DNA from: Pseudomonadota bacterium
Lineage (GTDB): Bacteria; UBA10199; 2-02-FULL-44-16; JAAZCA01
Length of the DNA: 21,496 nt
Assembly (NCBI GenBank): GCA_043798915.1
Contig: JAZDOG010000060.1
Coordinates: 1 to 21,496 of the forward strand
Direction: 5' to 3'
Numbering within the stretch: the stretch's first letter is position 1; every line of letters starts with the position of its first letter. The translations under genes and the position numbers were made by a program. Below, one piece after another: positions 8,725 to 16,899 of this stretch. The notes under the pieces were generated by a model, which saw nothing but the letters and a program-made list of their open reading frames with translations, had not been told where the DNA came from and did not search any database.

Positions 8725-8763
8725 AAAAACAGACTGTCGGTTGACAGCTGTCATCTTCAATTT

Positions 8764-9321
8764 TCAATGATACTTCTGCTGCGCGGCCGCGAGCCCTTTT
8801 GCAACGAGCATCTCCACCGAATCAGCAGCGAGGGCCATGGCATCCTCCACGTCTCCCGCCTCTTCTTCGCCGAAGGGATGGAGCACATAGCTTGCACCAT
8901 CCATGCCCGCCGGCGGTCGGCCGATCCCCACCCGCACCCGGGAGAAATCACTAGCACCGATATTCTCGAAGATCGACCGGATGCCGTTGTGCCCGCCGTG
9001 TCCGGCGCCCTGCGAAAGCTTGAGCTTTCCCACATCTATATCCAGATCGTCGTGGACGACGATCAGGTCTTCTTTCCCAAGCCTGTAGTACCGAAGGAGC
9101 GGCGCGACCGAATCTCCGGAGAGATTCATGAAGGTCTGCGGCTTCGCGAGGATGACCGCCTCGCCTCCGATGGCACCGCTGCCCACCAGCGCCCCGAAAG
9201 ACTTTCTGGATATCTCGATGCCGTGGCGGCGACCCAGCAGATCGAGGACCATGAAGCCCGCGTTGTGCCGGTGCCGCGCGTATGATCGGCCGGGATTGCC
9301 CAGCCCCGCTATCATTTTCAC
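8764..9321 (-). CDS. pth: Peptidyl-tRNA hydrolase
   Basis: GLGNPG, RHNAGF, KPQTFMNLSG, VHDDLD, GGHNGIRSI, RVRVGIGRP. GTG start at 9321 (alternatively ATG 9315). Confidence 0.98.
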   Translation of the reverse strand: MKMIAGLGNPGRSYARHRHNAGFMVLDLLGRRHGIEISRKSFGALVGSGAIGGEAVILAKPQTFMNLSGDSVAPLLRYYRLGKEDLIVVHDDLDIDVGKLKLSQGAGHGGHNGIRSIFENIGASDFSRVRVGIGRPPAGMDGASYVLHPFGEEEAGDVEDAMALAADSVEMLVAKGLAAAQQKYH

Positions 9322-9325
9322 AAAG

Positions 9326-10048
9326 CTATTTTGATTCCTTCTTCTCTTTCGAGCCCTTCTTCTCATCAGCGCCCTTGGCATCGGCCGGGGCAGCAGCAGT
9401 CGCCGCGGCAGCGGCAGCTCCCTCAGCCGGGGCAGCAGCCTCGCCTTCGACCGGCACTTCGGCACCAGCGACCGGCACCGCCGCAACCTCTTCCTTGGCC
9501 GGCGGAACGATGGTCACGATCGTGTAGTTGAGAGCGCTCGAGAGCTCGACGCCCGAAGGCAGCGAGATCGTATTCGAGTGTATGCTGTCGCCGATCTTGA
9601 GCTCCGTCACATCGACCTCGATCCTCTCCGGGATGCTCTCCGGCAGCGAGCGGATGTGGAGCGTCCGGCGCAGCTGCTCGACGACGCCGCCCTCCTTGAC
9701 ACCGATGGAGAGGCCGGTGAGCACGACCGGCACCTCAACCTCAAGCTTCTCGGTCAAACTGATAGCCTGAAAATCGATGTGCGTGAAATCGCGCTTGAAC
9801 GGATCCGCCTGAAAATCGCGGATGAGCGCAAGGCCCGAATCGCCGCCCGCGACCGACAGGTCGACGAGGACGTTCATGCCAGCCTTGGTCTTCACCGCTT
9901 TCTCGAGCGCGCGGCGATCGACGGATATGGGGAGCGCCTCGACCGTTCTCCCGTACAGAACCGCCGGGATGCGGCCGGTGACTCTCATCCTGTGGGCAGG
10001 CCCTTTGCCTGCAATCCTTTTTTCTGCAACCAGCGTTACGCGTTCCAT
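9326..10048 (-). CDS. rplY: 50S ribosomal protein L25 / Ctc (long form)
   Basis: GRIPAVLYG, HIDF, GVKEGG, Ala/Glu-rich tail. GGAGGA RBS. Confidence 0.97.
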   Translation of the reverse strand: MERVTLVAEKRIAGKGPAHRMRVTGRIPAVLYGRTVEALPISVDRRALEKAVKTKAGMNVLVDLSVAGGDSGLALIRDFQADPFKRDFTHIDFQAISLTEKLEVEVPVVLTGLSIGVKEGGVVEQLRRTLHIRSLPESIPERIEVDVTELKIGDSIHSNTISLPSGVELSSALNYTIVTIVPPAKEEVAAVPVAGAEVPVEGEAAAPAEGAAAAAATAAAPADAKGADEKKGSKEKKESK

Positions 10049-10069
10049 GACGTCCTCCGTATTACACGA

Positions 10070-11020
10070 TTACACAAACAACGACGACACCGAGTCGGCG
10101 TTGTGGATTCTCTCTATCGCTTCACCAAGAAGGCTCGCGACCGACAGCACGCGGATCTTGCCGCACTGCGCGGCCGGCCCCTGGAGCTTGATCGTGTCCG
10201 TGACTATGAGTTCCTCTATCTGCGACTCCGTTATGCGCTCCACCGCAGAGCCCGAAAGGACCGCGTGCGTGCAGCAGGCGAAGACGCCGGTCGCGCCGTT
10301 GGCGCGGAGCGCCTCGGCCGCCTTGACCATCGTCCCGCCCGTGTCGATGATGTCATCGATGAGCACTGCGTAGCGACCCTTGACGTCGCCCACCATGTGC
10401 ATGACCTCGCTCACGTTGGGCTTGTCGCGGCGCTTGTCGATCATCGCCATCGGCGACTGGAGAAGCTTTGCAAATGAGCGCGCTCGCTCCGCCCCGCCGG
10501 CGTCCGGCGCAACGACCACGAGGTTGTCGCTCGTGAACCTCTTCTTCAGGTGCTCGATGAGCACGGGCTTCGCGAAGAGATGGTCGACCGGGATGTCGAA
10601 GAAACCCTGTATCTGCCCCGCGTGCAGGTCCATCGTGAGGACGCGGTCGGCGCCCGCGGCGGTTATGATATCCGCGACCAGCTTGCTGCTGATCGGCGTC
10701 CTGGGGCTTACCTTCCTGTCCTGCCTGGCGTAGCCGTAGTAAGGCAAAACGGCTGTGATGCGGTCGGCGGAGGCGCGCTTGAGCGCATCGATCATGATGA
10801 GCAGTTCCATGATGTGCTCGTTGGCGGAATAGGAGGTCGGCTGGATCACGAAGGCATCCGCTCCGCGCACATTATCCTGGATCTCCACCCACGTCTCGCC
10901 GTCGGAGAAACGCGTGACCGTCGCCGAGCAGATCTTCTTTTTGAGCGACACAGCGATCGCCTCGGCCAGCGGCCGATTCGCATTCCCCGAGAGGATCTTC
11001 AGGTTGTTGGTGCCGAACAT
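10070..11020 (-). CDS. prs: Ribose-phosphate pyrophosphokinase
   Basis: [45 protein letters not shown]. Confidence 0.99.
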   Translation of the reverse strand: MFGTNNLKILSGNANRPLAEAIAVSLKKKICSATVTRFSDGETWVEIQDNVRGADAFVIQPTSYSANEHIMELLIMIDALKRASADRITAVLPYYGYARQDRKVSPRTPISSKLVADIITAAGADRVLTMDLHAGQIQGFFDIPVDHLFAKPVLIEHLKKRFTSDNLVVVAPDAGGAERARSFAKLLQSPMAMIDKRRDKPNVSEVMHMVGDVKGRYAVLIDDIIDTGGTMVKAAEALRANGATGVFACCTHAVLSGSAVERITESQIEELIVTDTIKLQGPAAQCGKIRVLSVASLLGEAIERIHNADSVSSLFV

Positions 11021-11031
11021 AAAAACCTCGT

Positions 11032-11073
11032 TAGCTGTCAGCCATCAGCTTTCAGCTGTCAGCTGTCAGCTGC
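11032..11073. repeat. Six-unit 7-bp tandem repeat (consensus CAGCTGT)
   Basis: tagctgt cagccat cagcttt cagctgt cagctgt cagctgc, between tRNA-Gln and prs. Confidence 0.85.
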
Positions 11074-11080
11074 CTTTCTG

Positions 11081-11151
11081 CTGGGGCGCCTGGATTCGAA
11101 CCAGGGATACCAGAGCCAAAGTCTGGTGACTTACCGCTTGTCGACGCCCCA
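11081..11151 (-). tRNA. tRNA-Gln(TTG)
   Basis: TGGGGCG acceptor, CCAGA-CT-TTG-GC-TCTGG anticodon arm, GGTTCGAATCC T-arm. CCA not encoded. Confidence 0.96.
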
Positions 11152-11167
11152 ATCGAGCAACGGCCTT

Positions 11168-11458
11168 TCAGTTGCCAAGACCCGGGCCATCGCCGCCTTG
11201 AACCTTTCCAACCTCGGTCCGATACATCCCGAGCACCCTCGATTCTATCGCATCCCTCATCTCGCTGGAGAGCGGATGCGCAGTGTCGCGGTACGTCCCG
11301 TCCTTCCTTTTCTTCGAAGGCATCGCCACGAACAGGCCCTTCGTCCCGGCGATGATCTTCAGATCCCGCACGACAAAACAGTTGTCGAACGTGATCGTCG
11401 CGTACCCCTTGAGTTTCTCTTCCTCAACCGGGAACACGCGCACTTCGGTGATCTCCAT
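11168..11458 (-). CDS. spoVG: SpoVG family nucleic-acid-binding regulator
   Basis: MEITEVRV...ATITFDNCFVVRDLKII.G..GLFVAMPS....DGTYRDTAHP. GGAGG RBS. Confidence 0.96.
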   Translation of the reverse strand: MEITEVRVFPVEEEKLKGYATITFDNCFVVRDLKIIAGTKGLFVAMPSKKRKDGTYRDTAHPLSSEMRDAIESRVLGMYRTEVGKVQGGDGPGLGN

Positions 11459-11494
11459 AGCCCCCTCCATCGAGACCGCCGCCAAACGCGATCC

Positions 11495-12394
11495 TCAAAT
11501 ACCGCTGTCTGCGGCAAAGACGCGCCAACCCTCCCCGTGGGCTGCCCCTAGCGCAGCATCGCGCCGGGGGGCGTCCTCAAAAACGCCGAAGACGGTCGGA
11601 CCGCTGCCAGACATCAGCGCGCCCGCCGCCCCCGTATCCATAAGAAAGTCCTTTATTCTGGCAATCTCTGGATGGGCCGGAATCGCCACCGCCTCCAGAT
11701 CGTTGTGGAGCGATGAGACAACTGCTCCCAAGTCCTTGAAAAGCGGGCGGACCCTAGCATTGCGCTCATTTGGAGTCAACCCTTCAGTTGCATTCAGGGC
11801 AGGCCTTTCGGTTGCGCGCGGGGCACGCTGCAGATCCCATTGCCCGTAGACCCAGGGGGTCGATACGGCAAAACCGGGATTGATCAGTAAAATCGATAAG
11901 TTAGGAAAGCCATGGAGGGGACTGACCCTGTCGCCTATGCCTTCTACGAACGCGGGACCGTCATGACAGAAAAACGGGACATCAGCGCCAAGCTTGGCTC
12001 CCAGGGCAGCAAGGTGCTCCGCATCCAATCCCAGTTGCCACAGCCGGTTCAAACCCTTGAGCACCGCAGCCGCATCGCTCGAACCGCCGCCCAACCCCGC
12101 AGCTACTGGTATCCGCTTCACGAGGCGAATCCTGGCGCCGGCCTTTGTCCCCGAGGCTTGGGCGAGAAGCGCCGCGGCGCGCCAGGCCAGGTTCTTCTCG
12201 CCGGCCATGCCGCTGTCGTGGGCCCCTTCCGCATGAAGCTCGATGCCCGATGGAGCCAGGGCGATGTCGATATCGTCGGCGAGGGAGAGCGACACCATGA
12301 CCATCTCGAGATCGTGGTAGCCGTCAGGCCGCCTGGAGAGGACGCGAAGTATCGTGTTCACCTTCGCCGGCGCTTTGATCGCAATCTCCCGCAT
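11495..12394 (-). CDS. ispE: 4-diphosphocytidyl-2-C-methyl-D-erythritol kinase
   Basis: APAKVN, DGYHDLE, KRIPVAAGLGGGSSDAA, LGADVPFF, MSGSGPTVF. Confidence 0.98.
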   Translation of the reverse strand: MREIAIKAPAKVNTILRVLSRRPDGYHDLEMVMVSLSLADDIDIALAPSGIELHAEGAHDSGMAGEKNLAWRAAALLAQASGTKAGARIRLVKRIPVAAGLGGGSSDAAAVLKGLNRLWQLGLDAEHLAALGAKLGADVPFFCHDGPAFVEGIGDRVSPLHGFPNLSILLINPGFAVSTPWVYGQWDLQRAPRATERPALNATEGLTPNERNARVRPLFKDLGAVVSSLHNDLEAVAIPAHPEIARIKDFLMDTGAAGALMSGSGPTVFGVFEDAPRRDAALGAAHGEGWRVFAADSGI

Positions 12395-12401
12395 GCCGGG
12401 A

Positions 12402-12430
12402 GTGCTACCTCAACGATCGGCAGCACGCAA
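12402..12430 (-). promoter_or_regulatory. Candidate leaderless promoter for ispE
   Basis: TTGCGT-17-TAGCAC-7nt-ATG. Confidence 0.5.
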
Positions 12431-12475
12431 ATCTTTTCGATGGGTTTTTATCTGCGGAGATTTGCTGCGAGATTA

Positions 12476-13156
12476 TCAGCTCGCGTCGCCCCCGGCCATG
12501 ACGGTGGGATTGTAGACCGCCTTGAGTTCCGTGGCGACCTCGTCGTCGAAGCGCAGATACACATCGCCGTACGTGAAATCAGGATTCATGAGGCGATCCG
12601 GCGTATCGGTGTGCACAAAGCCGAGCACATGGCCCAGCTCGTGGAGGGCCGTGGTCGCGATGTCCTTTTTCTTTATCGGGCTCACGCATACATCCTTGCC
12701 GCCATCGCATTTGAGTTCAGCGAAGTCGTCGGGACTTCCATAAAACATGACGTCCGCTTCAACTATCATGCTCTCGCCCAGCCATGATTTTTTCGTTTCG
12801 GCGAAGTAACCTTTGGAATTCGGTTTCGTGTCCCAGTACATCCCGTTGATGCCGTCATCCCCTACAATGGTCGAGTCCGTGATCCCCTGATAATCGAAGA
12901 GCTGAATGCCTGCCTCCTCGCTCCACATGTCCATCGCGTGGAGGCATGCCGTCCGGAACTTCTCCGGCACCGTGCTGCTGATGAAGATCGGTATCGGCAG
13001 TTCGGCCCAGCCCTTCTTGAGGGCTGTGTCGCTCGCCAGCTTTGTCGCCATGTTCTTTGAAATGGTCGGGAACGAAGACGATTTTTCGCAGCCGATCAAC
13101 CCCAAAATGGCGAGTCCGACCATCACTGCGAGAATGCTTTTTTGTTTGTTCTTCAT
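12476..13156 (-). CDS. Matrixin (M10-like metzincin) family lipoprotein metalloprotease
   Basis: Start MKNKQK at 13156 with an AAGGGG RBS. Lipobox LIG-C. HELGHVLGFVH zinc motif and LMNP Met-turn. Confidence 0.9.
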   Translation of the reverse strand: MKNKQKSILAVMVGLAILGLIGCEKSSSFPTISKNMATKLASDTALKKGWAELPIPIFISSTVPEKFRTACLHAMDMWSEEAGIQLFDYQGITDSTIVGDDGINGMYWDTKPNSKGYFAETKKSWLGESMIVEADVMFYGSPDDFAELKCDGGKDVCVSPIKKKDIATTALHELGHVLGFVHTDTPDRLMNPDFTYGDVYLRFDDEVATELKAVYNPTVMAGGDAS

Positions 13157-13184
13157 GGCGTGTCCCCTTTCACCTTCATTAATA

Positions 13185-13201
13185 AGCAAAAATCGCGCCA
13201 A
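13185..13201 (-). promoter_or_regulatory. Sigma54 (-24/-12) promoter
   Basis: Minus strand TTGGCGCGATTTTTGCT fits TGGCAC-N5-TTGCW with correct GG-N10-GC spacing, 28 nt upstream of the protease ATG. Confidence 0.8.
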
Positions 13202-13383
13202 GTCTATCTTATTGAAATCACTGCTTATTTTATTGGAATCCTGCCCAATTTTGGGAACAAAAGTCCCCATTTTCGGGTTTTCTGTCTCCAATTTGATTTT
13301 CCCTCGATATATGGGATAATCCCCCTTTGCAATCTTTGCAACCGTTTGGTCTATCTTCGCAAAGGGAGACCTTTAATCCCGAT

Positions 13384-16300
13384 ATGAGCGACACGCCTCA
13401 CAAAAATTCATCGGAGGGCGGGGAACAGAAGCGCAGGCTCTGCGCCATCATGTTCACCGACATCAAGGGGTTCTCCTCCATGATGGAATCGGATGAAGTC
13501 ACAGCCGTCGGGCTCGTCAAGGCGCAGAGGGAAATCATCAGGAGATGCATCGCCGCGCACAAAGGAGAAGAGCGCGAGATTATCGGCGATGCGTTCCTCG
13601 TCATCTTCGACAGCGCGGTCAACGCGGTGAAGTGCGCGATCGACATCCAGCGCGATATATTGGAGTTCAACCAGGGGCGCGACGTCGAAAAACAGGTCTG
13701 GATCCGGATCGGCATCCACCTGGGCGACATCCTGATCGAGGACGGCTCCGTCTTCGGCGAGGGAGTGAACCTCGCCGCGCGCGTCGAGCCGCTGGCGGAA
13801 CCCGGCGGCATATGCATCACGAGGCAGGTCTATGACCAGGTGAAGCATCACCTGGAGATCGAGGTCTCGCACCTGGGCGTCCGCGAGCTCAAGAACATCA
13901 CCGACGTGCCCGACATCTACCGCATCAGGACATCGACCACAGCCCCGCGCGAGCCTGTGACGTTCAGAGAGATGTTCAGCTGGATCGCTGAGTCGCGGCA
14001 GAGGCTTCTGACAGCCGCAGCGGTGGCCGTTCTCGCCGTCGGCGCAAACGCTTATTGGACCTTTTTCGCCTCCCACACGAGCTACGCCCGCGACGTCGCG
14101 TTCATCCGCCACGCCCCCGAGCCGCGCCATGCGGTTGGAAGATCCAAAGTCGGAGCGCTAAACCACTACTACGAATTCACGAAGAGGGGCGGATGCGTGG
14201 AGAGGCTCGTGGAGGTGACGAAACCCGACCTCCTGCCGGAGGACGCCCAGCAGGCATGGGAGTTCGGGCTCACGAAGAAACAGAGGCGCGACTTCCCCAT
14301 CCGCGAATATTCATGCTCCGGCGGCCGGGTGAAGGAGGAGCAGGCATACGACCGCTATGGCGTCATGCAGTACAGGCTCATCTACGATGAAGATGGAAAG
14401 ATCGCCACCGTCCACGACGATAAGGGCTATATCAAGACTCTGGAAAACCAGATCGCCGGCTTTGGCTTCGAGTTCGACGGGCGCGGGCGCGAGGTGCAAC
14501 TCGAAAACCGCAATGCGTTCGGCATGCGAAGGGTCGACGGTGACGGCGCCGCCTCATACCGCTACGCATACAATTCCGACGATCTGCCCGAAGAGATCAG
14601 CGTGTTCGACATCAACGGGAATCCCTCCGAGAACAAGGATGGCGTGGCGATCACGTCGCTCCAATACAACGGCGACGGCCTCTTCATACGGGAGAATTAC
14701 TTCGACCGCTACAAGGCGCCGCACGACTCCCGCAAGGGAAACGCATCCGTCGAGAAGGAGTACGACGATCGCGGCAGACAGGTGATGGAAAAATACAAGG
14801 ACAGCTCCGGGGAGCTTTCGGCGGACAACGAAGGGGCCTGCATGAGGAGGTTTGCCTGCGACTCCGAAGGGCGCAATACCGAAATCACTACGCTCTCGTG
14901 CGCAGGAAACCCGATCGCAACGCCCTCGGGTTTTGCGACGGTCCGCTATGAATACGACGGCGGCCGGGTCTCGATGGTGCGATATTTCGACGAGAACAAC
15001 CTCCCGACCGCGAACAGCCGTGGAATTGCGGCAACTGCCGTGGAATACGACAACAGCGGCCGCATCAGCGCAGTCGTATTTTTCGGGCCGGACGGAAAGG
15101 CCCAGATGGACCTCGATCACGCGCACGCCGTCCACTACGCCTATGACAGGAGGGGCCTGCCGGCGAGGAGGAGCTATTTGGGGCTGGACTTGAGCCCGAC
15201 GATCGCCGGCAACGGCTATGCGGAGATCGGGGTCCAGTACAACGAGCGCGGCGAAGCGACCGAATGGGCATATTTCGACACCGACGGAAATCCTACGAAC
15301 AACCGGGACGGCTTCGCCGTGGTCCGCAACGAATACGACCCATCGGGAAATCTCACCTCCAAATCCTTTTTCGACAAGAGGAATGAACCCGCGATGGGCC
15401 GCGAGGACGTCTGCCACCGCATCCAGCTCAAGTACGACGACAAGGGAAACCTTGATGAGAGCCGCTGCCTCGACGGTCAGGGGCACCTGATCTCCGGGAT
15501 CAAGAACTGCGCCATAAGCGAATACCAGCACGACGCATACGGCAAGCTCACCCGCTTCGAATGCTACATCGCAGAGGGAAAATTGATCGACGATCCAAAC
15601 GTCTCATCGATATTGGCCATCAAATACGACAGGCGCGGATACATGAGCGAGGTCCGCTCATTCGATGCCAACGGAGAGCCCGCCGAGCGCTACCAGGGCT
15701 CCGCGATATGGAAGGTCGCCTACGACGACTACGGAAACCAGATCGAGATCGCGACATACGACCGCAACGGCAACCTCATCGACAACCCGAAGTACAAGGC
15801 TGCCATCTTCCGCCGCGAATTCGACAGCAGGGGGCACGAGCTCAAGGCCCAGGCCATCGACAGCGAGGGACAACCCACGGCGGGGATATGGGGATTTTCG
15901 GAGATCCACTTCACATATGACGATCTGGGCCACAAGACCTCCGAGTCGTATTTCGACGAGAACGGAGCGCCCACCACCAACCTCCAGGGAATCCACGAGC
16001 ATCGGACAAACTACGACGATCGCGGGCGCCTCTCGGAGACGTCGAATATCGGCAAGGACGGCGCGCCCGTCGAAGACACCGACGGCGTCGCCTTTACGAA
16101 AAACACATACGACAGGCTGGGCTTCGTGGCCAGGATCGACTACGAGGACACCGCGAGGAACCCGGCCCTCAACCGCAGGTTCGGCTGTCAGGCGCAGGAG
16201 TTCAAGACGGACGAGCGCGGCAACATCCTGAAGATAAGGCGCCTGGACGCAAACGGCAACCTGTGCACGGAGAAGAACTGCATCGCGATCACCGATCAGG

Positions 16301-16776
16301 AGTTCGACTCCAAGAGCAAGATGGTGAAGCAGACATTCAAGGATTCCGAGGGACGCCCGACGGTCGATGAATCCGGAGCGGCAGGATATAAAGACAGCTA
16401 CGATGCCAGCGGCAGGATCTTGGCGCGGTCGGTCATGGGGCCGGACGGCAGCGACGGCTACGGCAGCGACGGCGTCCACAAACTCATCCAGCACTACCGG
16501 CCCGATACCGGGAGACTCTGGTACATCACGTTCGCAGATATCGACGGGAAAGGGAGCCGCACCAAAGCGGGGGCCGACCTTCGCGTCATCCTCTATGATC
16601 CCCTCTATCTCGAGCGCCAGCGCGCCAAGGTGGACGCCACATCTTCGGGCAAAATTATGTCGACGAGATGTCTGGACGAAGTCGGCAAAGCGACCGGCAG
16701 CACGGGCTGCGCAACCGCGGCCGAGGTGAAGGCGGAGGTCGACAAAATCAGGCCATCACTTTCTGCAGAACATTAA
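13384..16776 (+). CDS. Class III adenylate/guanylate cyclase - TM helix - YD/RHS-like repeat ectodomain protein
   Basis: Cyclase motifs IMFTDIKGFS, IGDAF, IRIGIHLGD, FGEGVNLAARVE. Hydrophobic helix LLTAAAVAVLAVGANAYWTFFA. About 23-25 repeats of ~32 aa (YDxxGxxxxxxxxDxxGxP). ATG 13384 preferred over TTG 13327. Confidence 0.88.
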   Translation: MSDTPHKNSSEGGEQKRRLCAIMFTDIKGFSSMMESDEVTAVGLVKAQREIIRRCIAAHKGEEREIIGDAFLVIFDSAVNAVKCAIDIQRDILEFNQGRDVEKQVWIRIGIHLGDILIEDGSVFGEGVNLAARVEPLAEPGGICITRQVYDQVKHHLEIEVSHLGVRELKNITDVPDIYRIRTSTTAPREPVTFREMFSWIAESRQRLLTAAAVAVLAVGANAYWTFFASHTSYARDVAFIRHAPEPRHAVGRSKVGALNHYYEFTKRGGCVERLVEVTKPDLLPEDAQQAWEFGLTKKQRRDFPIREYSCSGGRVKEEQAYDRYGVMQYRLIYDEDGKIATVHDDKGYIKTLENQIAGFGFEFDGRGREVQLENRNAFGMRRVDGDGAASYRYAYNSDDLPEEISVFDINGNPSENKDGVAITSLQYNGDGLFIRENYFDRYKAPHDSRKGNASVEKEYDDRGRQVMEKYKDSSGELSADNEGACMRRFACDSEGRNTEITTLSCAGNPIATPSGFATVRYEYDGGRVSMVRYFDENNLPTANSRGIAATAVEYDNSGRISAVVFFGPDGKAQMDLDHAHAVHYAYDRRGLPARRSYLGLDLSPTIAGNGYAEIGVQYNERGEATEWAYFDTDGNPTNNRDGFAVVRNEYDPSGNLTSKSFFDKRNEPAMGREDVCHRIQLKYDDKGNLDESRCLDGQGHLISGIKNCAISEYQHDAYGKLTRFECYIAEGKLIDDPNVSSILAIKYDRRGYMSEVRSFDANGEPAERYQGSAIWKVAYDDYGNQIEIATYDRNGNLIDNPKYKAAIFRREFDSRGHELKAQAIDSEGQPTAGIWGFSEIHFTYDDLGHKTSESYFDENGAPTTNLQGIHEHRTNYDDRGRLSETSNIGKDGAPVEDTDGVAFTKNTYDRLGFVARIDYEDTARNPALNRRFGCQAQEFKTDERGNILKIRRLDANGNLCTEKNCIAITDQEFDSKSKMVKQTFKDSEGRPTVDESGAAGYKDSYDASGRILARSVMGPDGSDGYGSDGVHKLIQHYRPDTGRLWYITFADIDGKGSRTKAGADLRVILYDPLYLERQRAKVDATSSGKIMSTRCLDEVGKATGSTGCATAAEVKAEVDKIRPSLSAEH

Positions 16777-16803
16777 GGCGAATCATCAATCAGCATATAG
16801 GAT

Positions 16804-16835
16804 GTCATCGCGAGCCCTGAAGGGGCGTGGCGATC
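16804..16835 (+). repeat. Half copy of a REP-like palindromic element
   Basis: GTCATCGCGAGCCCTGAAGGGGCGTGGCGATC resembles the widespread GTCATTGCGAG...GCAATC repeat. The inverted partner arm is absent. Confidence 0.55.
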
Positions 16836-16899
16836 CCCTTGATTCAATTGGAAGGATTTTCTGTTTCTCAAAGTTACACGTCGGGCAACGTCCCCTTTT

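Noticed and set aside
5714..12787. Long plus-strand ORFs (e.g. 6890..8005, 8005..9285, 9578..10477, 10550..11551, 11912..12787)
   Set aside because: They are antisense shadows of well-identified GC-rich housekeeping genes and have no recognisable motifs.
13384..13930. Pycsar/CBASS-type defence cyclase
   Set aside because: No adjacent TIR, TM or cNMP-binding effector gene. The architecture is receptor-like and the composition matches the core.
13398..16494. Minus-strand and alternate-frame ORFs within the cyclase gene
   Set aside because: Codon-bias shadows that are fully overlapped by the real CDS.
14300..16776. Rhs/YD polymorphic toxin with immunity gene
   Set aside because: No PxxxxDPxG core end, no toxin tip, no downstream co-oriented small ORF, and the N-terminus is a cyclase plus TM.
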